A stretch of DNA of 64,000 nt, taken from contig CAJFRI010000001.1 in the NCBI GenBank assembly GCA_904419385.1, forward strand, positions 5,098-69,097. The letters run 5' to 3'. The position numbers and the translations under genes were made by a program. Shown here piece by piece: positions 57,042 through 64,000 of this stretch (the stretch's first letter is position 1; each line of letters starts with the position of its first letter). The notes under the pieces are model-generated. The model worked only from the letters and a program-made list of their open reading frames with translations, was not told the origin of the DNA and did no database searches. This DNA comes from Candidatus Heteroscillospira lomanii (GTDB lineage Bacteria; Bacillota; Clostridia; Oscillospirales; Oscillospiraceae).

Positions 57042-57094
57042 GTGAACAAAAGTGTTTCGATATGTGAACACATGTGAACGTTCAGGCGTGAACA
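57022..57094. repeat. five direct copies of (G/C)TGAAC(A/G) within 73 bp
   Basis: CTGAACA at 57023, GTGAACA at 57042, GTGAACA at 57064, GTGAACG at 57074, GTGAACA at 57088. All are in the same orientation. Confidence 0.8.
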
Positions 57095-57146
57095 AAAAGG
57101 ACGAGCCGCTTTTTTGGCGGCCCGCCCTCGTTTCTGTGGGGACAAT

Positions 57147-59453
57147 TCATTCGGCCGTGACGCACGGCTTGCCGTCCGCCACCCCGATATGGACGTGGCC
57201 GGCGAGAGCGTGCCTGCGGTCGATGAGCTCGGCGGCGATGGGGTCCTCCACCTCTTTTTGTATGCAGCGGCGCAGGTTGCGCGCGCCGAACTGGGCCGAG
57301 TAGCTCTTCTCGGTGAGGAAAGCGACGAGCGCGTCGTCCCAGGTGAGCGCCATGCCGCGGGCGGCCATGGCGTCGCGCAGTTCGCCGAGCATGAGCCCGG
57401 CAATGGCGCGGAAGTTCTCCTCGGTGAGGCGGTTGAAGCAGACTATCTCGTCGACGCGGTTTATGAACTCCGGCCTCAAAAACTCGCGCAGGGCTTTCAT
57501 GGCCTTGTCGCGCCCCTGCTCGGTAGCGGTCCGGCCGAAGCCGACGGAACCGCCGGCCCGGTCGCTGCCGGCGTTGGTGGTCATGATGATGACGGTGTTC
57601 TCGAAGTTCACCGTGCGGCCCTGGGCGTCGGTTATGCGGCCGTCGTCGAGGATCTGGAGCAGGATGTTGAGCACGTTGGGGTGGGCCTTTTCGATCTCGT
57701 CGAAGAGGACGACGCTGTACGGCTTGCGCCGGATCTTCTCGGTGAGCTGGCCGGCCTCGTCGTAGCCGACGTAGCCCGGGGGCGAGCCGATGATGCGGGA
57801 GACCGAGTGCTTTTCCATGAACTCGGACATGTCGAGCCGGATGAGCGACTCGGGCGCGTTGAAGAGGTCGGCCGCGAGGCGCTTGACGAGCTCTGTCTTG
57901 CCGACGCCGGTGCTGCCGACGAAGATGAAGCTCACGGGCTTGCGCTTGGCGCTGAGGCCGAGCCGGTTGCGCTTTATCGCGCTGCACACGGTCTCGACGG
58001 CCTCGTCCTGGCCGACGATGTGCTCCTTGAGGCGCTTGTCCAGCTCGGCGAGGCGCACGAACTCGTCGGTGCGTATGCTGCTCGCGGGGATGTGCGTCCA
58101 GAGCTCGATGACCCGCGCGAGGTTGTCGGGACCGAGCACGGGGCGCCCCTGGGCCTCGAGCTGTTTCTGCTCGTCGGCGAGACGCAGGTCCATGCTGCGC
58201 AGCTCGGCCAGGCGCTCAAAATGCTCGCCCTCGGAGTCGGCCAGCAGGAGCTCGCGCTCCTTGTCGAGGTCGGCGCGGTCTTTCATCACCTCGTCGAGCC
58301 GCTCGAGCGACTTGTTTTTGAGGTTCACGTCGGAACAGGCCTCATCGATGAGGTCTATGGCCTTGTCGGGGAGGAAGCGGTCGGTTATATAGCGCTCGGA
58401 TAGCGTGACCGCGAGTGCGCACATCTCCGGCGGTATCCTGACGCCGTGGTAGTCCTCGTAGTAGTGGGCGACGCCCTTGAGTATCTCGGTCGCGTCGGCG
58501 ATGGACGGCTCGGCCACGGTGACCGGCTGGAAGCGGCGCTCGAGCGCGGAGTCTTTTTCAATGTGTTTGCGGTATTCGGCGAAAGTCGTCGCGCCTATGA
58601 CCTGTATCTCGCCTCTGGAGAGGGCGGGCTTGAGGATGTTGGCGGCGTTCATGCTGCCCTCGGCGTCGCCGGCGCCGACGATATTGTGCACCTCGTCGAT
58701 GACGAGGATGACGTTGCCCTGCTTGCGTATGTCCTCGATGAGGGCTTTCATGCGGCTCTCGAACTGGCCGCGGAACTGCGTCCCGGCGACGAGGGCCGTG
58801 AGGTCGAGCAGGTAGACCTCCTTGTCGCGCAGCTTGTATGGCACCTTGCCCTCGGCTATGCGCTGGGCGAGGCCCTCGGCGATGGCGGTCTTGCCGACGC
58901 CGGGCTCGCCGATGAGGCACGGGTTGTTCTTCTGGCGGCGGTTGAGTATCTGGATGACGCGCTCGAGCTCTTCCTCGCGGCCTATCATTCTGTCGAGCTT
59001 GCCCTCGCGTGCGCGCTGGCTGAGGCTGATGCAGTAGTTCTCGAGGGCCTTGCGGCGGCCCTTGCCCTGCTCCTTGGGGTCGCGCCTGGGAGGGGGCGGG
59101 GCGCTCTGGGAGGAGCTGTCGCTCTCCTGCGGCAGGTTTTCGCTGTTCATGAGCCGGCTGAGGAAGGGGAAGGTGGCGGTCTTGCCGTCGTCGCTCTCAC
59201 TGTCGGCGTCCTCCTCCGGGATGACGGGCACGTTGCCGAGCGCCTCGAGCGCGTCGTTCATGCCGCCGGAGAGGTTGTCGAGATCCTCGTCGGTGAGCCC
59301 GAGGTTCTGGACCAGGTCTTCGACCGGCTTGATCTTGAGTTCTCTTGCGCAGTTGAGGCAGAGGCCCTCGGTTATGTTTTTGCCGTTCTCGACCCTGGTT
59401 ATGAATATCACCGCAAGATTTTTCTTGCAGCGCGAGCAGATTCTTGGTTGCAT
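57147..59453 (-). CDS. Clp/Hsp100 double-AAA+ ATPase (ClpC/ClpA-like) with an N-terminal ClpX-type zinc ribbon instead of the Clp_N domain
   Basis: D1 Walker [16 protein letters not shown] and D2 Walker [16 protein letters not shown], with a short coiled-coil middle region. The N-terminus is [11 protein letters not shown]...(22 aa)...CLNCA followed by an acidic/Ser-rich linker. Confidence 0.9.
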   Translation of the reverse strand: MQPRICSRCKKNLAVIFITRVENGKNITEGLCLNCARELKIKPVEDLVQNLGLTDEDLDNLSGGMNDALEALGNVPVIPEEDADSESDDGKTATFPFLSRLMNSENLPQESDSSSQSAPPPPRRDPKEQGKGRRKALENYCISLSQRAREGKLDRMIGREEELERVIQILNRRQKNNPCLIGEPGVGKTAIAEGLAQRIAEGKVPYKLRDKEVYLLDLTALVAGTQFRGQFESRMKALIEDIRKQGNVILVIDEVHNIVGAGDAEGSMNAANILKPALSRGEIQVIGATTFAEYRKHIEKDSALERRFQPVTVAEPSIADATEILKGVAHYYEDYHGVRIPPEMCALAVTLSERYITDRFLPDKAIDLIDEACSDVNLKNKSLERLDEVMKDRADLDKERELLLADSEGEHFERLAELRSMDLRLADEQKQLEAQGRPVLGPDNLARVIELWTHIPASSIRTDEFVRLAELDKRLKEHIVGQDEAVETVCSAIKRNRLGLSAKRKPVSFIFVGSTGVGKTELVKRLAADLFNAPESLIRLDMSEFMEKHSVSRIIGSPPGYVGYDEAGQLTEKIRRKPYSVVLFDEIEKAHPNVLNILLQILDDGRITDAQGRTVNFENTVIIMTTNAGSDRAGGSVGFGRTATEQGRDKAMKALREFLRPEFINRVDEIVCFNRLTEENFRAIAGLMLGELRDAMAARGMALTWDDALVAFLTEKSYSAQFGARNLRRCIQKEVEDPIAAELIDRRHALAGHVHIGVADGKPCVTAE

Positions 59454-59496
59454 AGGGTTACCTCCGTGGTGCTGGTTGCAATTATATTATATCACA

Positions 59497-60210
59497 TCAT
59501 ATCCCGAGGATGGAGCTGAGGATGTTGTGTTCCATGAGAAAAGACACGAACCAGGTGCTCTCCAGGACGCCGTCGGGGAAGAGCAGCCCCGCGAATCGGA
59601 GCACCCAGGCGAACACCAGAGCGAGCATTATGCCCTCGATGAGGCCTGCAATGGCACCGCCTATTTCATTGCCGGAACCCATATATGGTATGCGGAAGCT
59701 GAGATTGGTTATGTTCCCGAGCACGGTGAGCACTATGGCGCACAGCAGGAAAAACAGCAGGAACCCACCTGCGAAAGCGATGTTTTGGCACAGCACCTCC
59801 GACACGGCATCACTGAGAGCGGCGTCGTTCTCTGCGGCGTAGTCCACGGCCTCGAGCGCGATCTGTTCCGCGGTCTCGCTGTAGAGCCCGAGCTCGAGCA
59901 GCGCGTTGGTCGATGCGCTGACGGCGAGGTCGGGGTTCTGGGCGAGCATGTCGCCGGTCGACAGCTCGTTTTGCTCGCCGCCGGAGGCGTAGACCTCGTC
60001 GGAGATGAGACCGTCGACATAGCCGTTGGCAAACGGGCGCATGGCGCTCACGACCTCGCCCGAGTAGGCGCTCGAGAGGGCGTTGCCCACCACCACCGCG
60101 ATGATGAGCACGATGATGCCGCCTATGCCCATGACGACCCCGCGCTTGTAGCCGCTCCAGATGGAGAGAGCTATTATCAGCAGAATTATAATGTCCAGCA
60201 GAAATTTCAT
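59497..60210 (-). CDS. CvpA-family membrane protein
   Basis: MKFLLDIIILLIIALSIWSGYKRGVV is the typical CvpA N-terminus; 4-5 TM segments. Confidence 0.8.
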   Translation of the reverse strand: MKFLLDIIILLIIALSIWSGYKRGVVMGIGGIIVLIIAVVVGNALSSAYSGEVVSAMRPFANGYVDGLISDEVYASGGEQNELSTGDMLAQNPDLAVSASTNALLELGLYSETAEQIALEAVDYAAENDAALSDAVSEVLCQNIAFAGGFLLFFLLCAIVLTVLGNITNLSFRIPYMGSGNEIGGAIAGLIEGIMLALVFAWVLRFAGLLFPDGVLESTWFVSFLMEHNILSSILGI

Positions 60211-60219
60211 ATCTGTGCC

Positions 60220-61209
60220 TCACTTCCTGTGTATCTCGACAGCATCTTGCCACACGGCCGCGGCCGAGTCTTTATATGTCACCACATTTTCGGGTATGTA
60301 TTCCGTCTCAAAACTGAATATCTCGCCGCCGTCTCGGCCGAACACGGCCGTTTTGCCGGCAAACACCGCCGACGGCAGCTCGCCGCGCCCGAAGCGCAGC
60401 GCCGGGATGTCGAAACGCGCCTCGCTCGCGGCCTCGCCGGAGCGCGTGAGGCGCACTATTGAATACGCCGAGCAGGCGTAGGCCTCGCCGCCGCAGATGC
60501 GCAGCTCGGAGTAATGCCCGCCGTACTCGCCGAGTTTTTCGCCGGAGCGGGAGAAGAACACGGCGGCGCCGTCAGTCTCGGCGCAGAAGCCGCCGTCTAT
60601 CGCGTACACCGCCCGGCAGCCGGGCAGGGACGCCCTCGCCGCCTCGGCGTCCGCCTCGAGAAAGAGAAGTTCGCCGCCGTCGAGCAGGAGGCAGGCCTGT
60701 CCATCCACGGTGAGCGCGACGGCGCGGCACTCGCCGGATGTTATATACCGGCGGAAAAGCGGCTCGCCGTCTGAGTAGAACGTGACGGCGCACGAGTAGA
60801 GCTCGGCCTCGCGCGCGACGGCGCTGTACCGCCCGGCGGCCGCCGTGCAGAGTATCCCGCCCTCGCCGCGCAGCTCCCGGAGCTCTCCATCGCTCGAGAT
60901 CAGGCAGGCCGCGCCTTCCGACACGGCGAGCAGCGTCTCCCCGCCGGAGGCGCAGAGCGGCACGTCCACCGGCAGCTCGGCCGAGTAGAGCAGCTCGCCG
61001 CTCTCAGAGAGCACGTCTATCCCGCTGTACGACACACAGGCGAGCTTGCCGCCGAGCGGGAAAGCCGCGGCGGAGCCGTGCTCCACCGGCACGGGCCCGG
61101 ACGCCGCGGGGGCGGGCAGCAGCAGAGCTGCCGCCACGAGCGCGCAGGCCAGGCACAGCGCCGGGGCAATGATCTTTCGTCTCATGGCGGTCGCAGGCAA
61201 TGTCATCAT
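60220..61209 (-). CDS. hypothetical secreted protein with repetitive beta-rich organisation (DUF5711-like?)
   Basis: Signal/anchor RRKIIAPALCLACALVAAALLL. It has recurrent short G-x-L/A-x-S-x-x-G-E-L type strands. The family assignment is from memory and weak. Confidence 0.5.
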   Translation of the reverse strand: MMTLPATAMRRKIIAPALCLACALVAAALLLPAPAASGPVPVEHGSAAAFPLGGKLACVSYSGIDVLSESGELLYSAELPVDVPLCASGGETLLAVSEGAACLISSDGELRELRGEGGILCTAAAGRYSAVAREAELYSCAVTFYSDGEPLFRRYITSGECRAVALTVDGQACLLLDGGELLFLEADAEAARASLPGCRAVYAIDGGFCAETDGAAVFFSRSGEKLGEYGGHYSELRICGGEAYACSAYSIVRLTRSGEAASEARFDIPALRFGRGELPSAVFAGKTAVFGRDGGEIFSFETEYIPENVVTYKDSAAAVWQDAVEIHRK

Positions 61210-61260
61210 CTCCTGCGACGATGATACACCGCCCTCCGCTGCGGAAACAGGCGGAAACTG

Positions 61261-62025
61261 TCAGCGCCGCATCATCTCGCCCACGGGACCATTATACCAC
61301 ACTCTGGACATATAGAGTCCCTGGGGCGGCATGGTCGGCCCCGTGAGCCGGCGGTCGCCGAGCTCGAGCAGGCGGGGGATGTCCTCCGGCTCGAATTTGC
61401 CGTGCGCCGCGTAGACCATGGTGCCGACTATGGCGCGCACCATGTTGTAGAGAAAGCCGTCGGCGCACACGGCGATCTCGATGAGGCCGGCCCTCTCACG
61501 CGCGCGGCACCAGTACACGGTGCGCACGGTGGTCTTCGTTTCGGTGCCGACGCTGCGGACGGCGGCAAAATCATGCCGGCCCTCGAAGGCGCGCCCGGCG
61601 CGCTCGAGCCGGCCGAAGTCGAGCGGAGACGGGTAGAAGCACACGCGGCTGCGCAGGAACGGGTCGCGTATGCGGCTGTTGAGTATCCTGTACACATATT
61701 CCTTTTTCACGCAGGAGCCGATGGCGCTGAAGCCGTCGTCGGCCTCGACCGCGGCCTGCACCGCGATGTCGCCCGGCAGGCGGGAGTTCACCGCGAGGGG
61801 GAGGCGGCTGGTCGGTATGGTGCTCTCCGTGCGGAAATTCGCACAGTAGCGCTCGGCGTGCACCCCGGCATCGGTCCTGCCGCAGCCGGTGACGTGCACT
61901 CTGCCGCCGCACACGCTCCCGAGCGCGCGCTCGAGCGTTTCGGCGACGCTGGATTCGGTCTTCTGCACCTGCCAGCCGTGGTAGGCGGAGCCGTCGTAGC
62001 TCAGGCGGAGGGCGATGTTCCTCAT
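61261..62025 (-). CDS. truA: tRNA pseudouridine(38-40) synthase
   Basis: LRLSYDGSAYHGWQVQ, GCGRTDAGVHA (catalytic Asp), FLYNMVR. Start trimmed to ATG 62025, overlapping the ecfT stop. Confidence 0.93.
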   Translation of the reverse strand: MRNIALRLSYDGSAYHGWQVQKTESSVAETLERALGSVCGGRVHVTGCGRTDAGVHAERYCANFRTESTIPTSRLPLAVNSRLPGDIAVQAAVEADDGFSAIGSCVKKEYVYRILNSRIRDPFLRSRVCFYPSPLDFGRLERAGRAFEGRHDFAAVRSVGTETKTTVRTVYWCRARERAGLIEIAVCADGFLYNMVRAIVGTMVYAAHGKFEPEDIPRLLELGDRRLTGPTMPPQGLYMSRVWYNGPVGEMMRR

Positions 62026-62834
62026 ACCAGCCACCTCAGCCGGCTCATCACGGCTATCACGGCGACGAACACGGTCCCGAGCAGCGCGGCGGCGGCGTCG
62101 AGCCTGGTGAAATGCAGCTCGTGCAGCCGCGTGCGGCCGTCGCCGCCGTTGTAGCAGCGGCACTCCATCGCCGTGGCGAGCTCGGTCGCGCGGGTCAGCG
62201 CGCTCACGAACAGCGGGATGAGCAGCGGCAGCAGGGCCTTTGCCCTCTGCACGATGCTGCCCGTGTCGAACGAGGCGCCGCGCGCCCGCTGGGCCGAGAC
62301 GATCTTGTCCGCCTCGCCTATGAGCGTCGGGATGAAGCGCAGGGCGATGCTCATTATCATGGCGAGGTCGTGCGCCGGGAAGCGCAGCTTCTCGAGCGGG
62401 GACAAGAGCCTCTCGAGCCCGTCCGTGATGGCGAGCGGGGCCGTGGTGTAGGTCAGCAGGAAGCTGCCGCACACGAGGAACACCACGCGCAGCAGCATGA
62501 ACGCGGCGCGGCGCAGACCGTCCCACGTCATGCGCAGGAAACCTATCCGGAAGATGACGTCGTCTCCGGCGGTGAAAAAGGCGTTGATGAAAGCGGTTAT
62601 CGCTATGAGCAGCACCAGGGGGCGCAGCCCGTTTATCATAGCGCGCGGCTTGACGCGGGACACGCGCATCGCCGCGAGCAGCGTCACGGCCACGAAAGCG
62701 TAGCCCGTGAAAGAGTGGACGAAAAACAGCGCGATTATATATACAAAGGTGAGGACTATCTTTGTGCGCGGGTCGAGCCGGTGCGCCGGGGTCTTCCCCG
62801 GGAAGAACTGGCCGAGGGTGATGTCTTTCAGCAT
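62022..62834 (-). CDS. ecfT: ECF transporter transmembrane component
   Basis: LDPRTKI..., and the conserved ARG...RA motifs (AQRARGA, ...LTRATELATAME.R). Confidence 0.92.
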   Translation of the reverse strand: MLKDITLGQFFPGKTPAHRLDPRTKIVLTFVYIIALFFVHSFTGYAFVAVTLLAAMRVSRVKPRAMINGLRPLVLLIAITAFINAFFTAGDDVIFRIGFLRMTWDGLRRAAFMLLRVVFLVCGSFLLTYTTAPLAITDGLERLLSPLEKLRFPAHDLAMIMSIALRFIPTLIGEADKIVSAQRARGASFDTGSIVQRAKALLPLLIPLFVSALTRATELATAMECRCYNGGDGRTRLHELHFTRLDAAAALLGTVFVAVIAVMSRLRWLV

Positions 62835-63691
62835 GGCCGGCCCTCCTTAATCGCGCATATCGCGGCCCGGAGCCCCTCGAGTGTATATATCCCCTCCGGC
62901 ACGGCGACTCCCCTCGCGCGCAGCTTTGCTGCTATCTTCGCGGCGGCGGGCACGTCGAGCCCCATGTCCTCGAGTTCGCCCTGGCGGCGGAATATCTCGC
63001 CCGGCGTACCGGTCATTGCGATCCGGCCCGAGCGGAACACGGCCAGCCTGTCGGCCACGCGCGCGACGTCGTCCATGCTGTGGCTCACGAGCACGACGGC
63101 GGCGCCGGTCTCGTCGCGGTAGCGGAGGATGTTTTTCAGCAGGCTCTCGCGGCCGGCAGGGTCGAGCCCCGCAGTGGGTTCGTCGAGGATGAGCACCTCG
63201 GGCTCCATGGCGATGACGCCGGCAATGGCGACGCGGCGCTTCTGGCCGCCGGAGAGCTCGAGCGGCGAGTGCTCCAGCAGGGAGCCGTCCACCCCGGCGA
63301 AATCCGCTGCGCGGAGGACCCTGCGCTCGACCTCATCGCCGTCGAGGCCCATGTTGCGCGGGCCGAAGGCGATGTCGCGGCGCGAGGTCTCCTCAAAAAG
63401 CTGGTACTCCGGGTACTGGAACACGAGACCCACCCGGAAGCGCGCCCGGCGCGCGGCCTCTTTCGAGGCGTTTATGTCCTCCCCGCCGAGCAGCACGCGC
63501 CCGGAGCTCGGGCACAGCAGGGCGTTGAGGTGCTGGATGAAGGTGCTCTTGCCGCTGCCCGTGTGTCCTATGACGCCGAGCAGCTCGCCCTTCTCTATCT
63601 CTATATTCACATCCTGTATCGCCGCAGTCTCGAGCGGGGTGCCCGCCCCGTAGACATGGCATAGGTTTTCAGCAGCAAGTATCGCGGACAT
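62828..63691 (-). CDS. ecfA2: ECF transporter ATPase component A2
   Basis: Walker A GHTGSGKST, LSGGQKRRVAIAGV, ILDEPTAGLDP, and the characteristic C-terminal extension. Confidence 0.93.
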   Translation of the reverse strand: MSAILAAENLCHVYGAGTPLETAAIQDVNIEIEKGELLGVIGHTGSGKSTFIQHLNALLCPSSGRVLLGGEDINASKEAARRARFRVGLVFQYPEYQLFEETSRRDIAFGPRNMGLDGDEVERRVLRAADFAGVDGSLLEHSPLELSGGQKRRVAIAGVIAMEPEVLILDEPTAGLDPAGRESLLKNILRYRDETGAAVVLVSHSMDDVARVADRLAVFRSGRIAMTGTPGEIFRRQGELEDMGLDVPAAAKIAAKLRARGVAVPEGIYTLEGLRAAICAIKEGRPC

Positions 63692-64000
63692 TCAGTTTCC
63701 TTTCAGCGCCGCGGCGATGGCGGCGGCGCATTCGTCTGTCGTGAGCGCGCCGAGAGGCAGGGAAAAGCCCTCGGCGTTGAGCTCGTATATGAGCTCGGTA
63801 GTCTCCGGGACGGCGAGGCCGAGCGCGCGCAGCTCATCCACGCGGGCGAACACCTCCGCCGGCGTCCCGTCCATGACGAGCTCGCCGTCGGACAGGACTA
63901 TCACCCTGTCGGCCGGGATGGCCTCGCTCATATGGTGGGTGATGAGCACGACGGTCATCCCGCTCTCACGGCACAGCCTGTGCACCGCTTCGAGCACCTC
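63692..64000 (-). CDS. ecfA1: ECF transporter ATPase component A1, C-terminal part (5' end outside the window)
   Basis: ...TVVLITHHMSEA..ADRVIVLSDGELVMDGTPAEVF... The frame is open to the window edge. Confidence 0.85.
   Translation of the reverse strand, partial: EVLEAVHRLCRESGMTVVLITHHMSEAIPADRVIVLSDGELVMDGTPAEVFARVDELRALGLAVPETTELIYELNAEGFSLPLGALTTDECAAAIAAALKGN

Overview
This is a 64-kb, high-GC (roughly 65% by eye) chromosomal segment. It looks like a spore-forming Clostridia-class Firmicute, because it carries the gpr spore protease, a YtvI-like AI-2E protein, an SLH-domain protein and ECF transporter genes. All calls come from reading the translated ORFs and the DNA by eye; I ran no database search. 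I call 64 CDS, 1 tRNA, and a set of promoters, terminators and parS sites.

Gene content is overwhelmingly housekeeping:
- rpsF-ssb-rpsR, next to an orphan ParB/Noc-like gene
- the lysC-hom-ACT aspartate-pathway operon
- the recJ-relA-dtd block
- a stand-alone tRNA-Leu(UAA)
- pyk
- a MacB/FtsX-type ABC pair
- a complete hisZGDCBHAFI operon
- serS
- parAB with two perfect parS sites
- gpr and rpsT
- a small cell-envelope glycan cluster (GT2, O-antigen-ligase-like, DUF4330)
- an amidohydrolase and a GntP permease
- a divergent citrate synthase / aconitase-icd cluster
- ispE and an ApgM-like enzyme
- a sigma-54-controlled dehydrogenase-transporter-activator module
- a ClpX-zinc-ribbon Clp ATPase
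- cvpA, truA and ecfT-ecfA2-ecfA1

I see no CRISPR array, transposase, integrase, restriction-modification genes or recognisable defence system. I cannot honestly point to a clear-cut novel system.

The leads most worth a second look are:
1. The sigma-54 module (52.5-57.1 kb). It has a good -24/-12 promoter, a GTGAAC(A/G) repeat array at enhancer distance, and an Nramp-fold transporter lacking the canonical metal-site strings.
2. The small AT-richer islet 3' of tRNA-Leu. It has a hairpin-dense 0.45-kb non-coding tract plus an orphan XRE-HTH fusion protein.
3. The 1185-aa ABC permease, which carries a roughly 400-aa acidic coiled-coil insertion.
4. The Clp ATPase whose N-domain is replaced by a CxxC-N22-CxxC zinc ribbon.

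Most other long ORFs in the six-frame track are antisense shadow ORFs typical of high-GC DNA.
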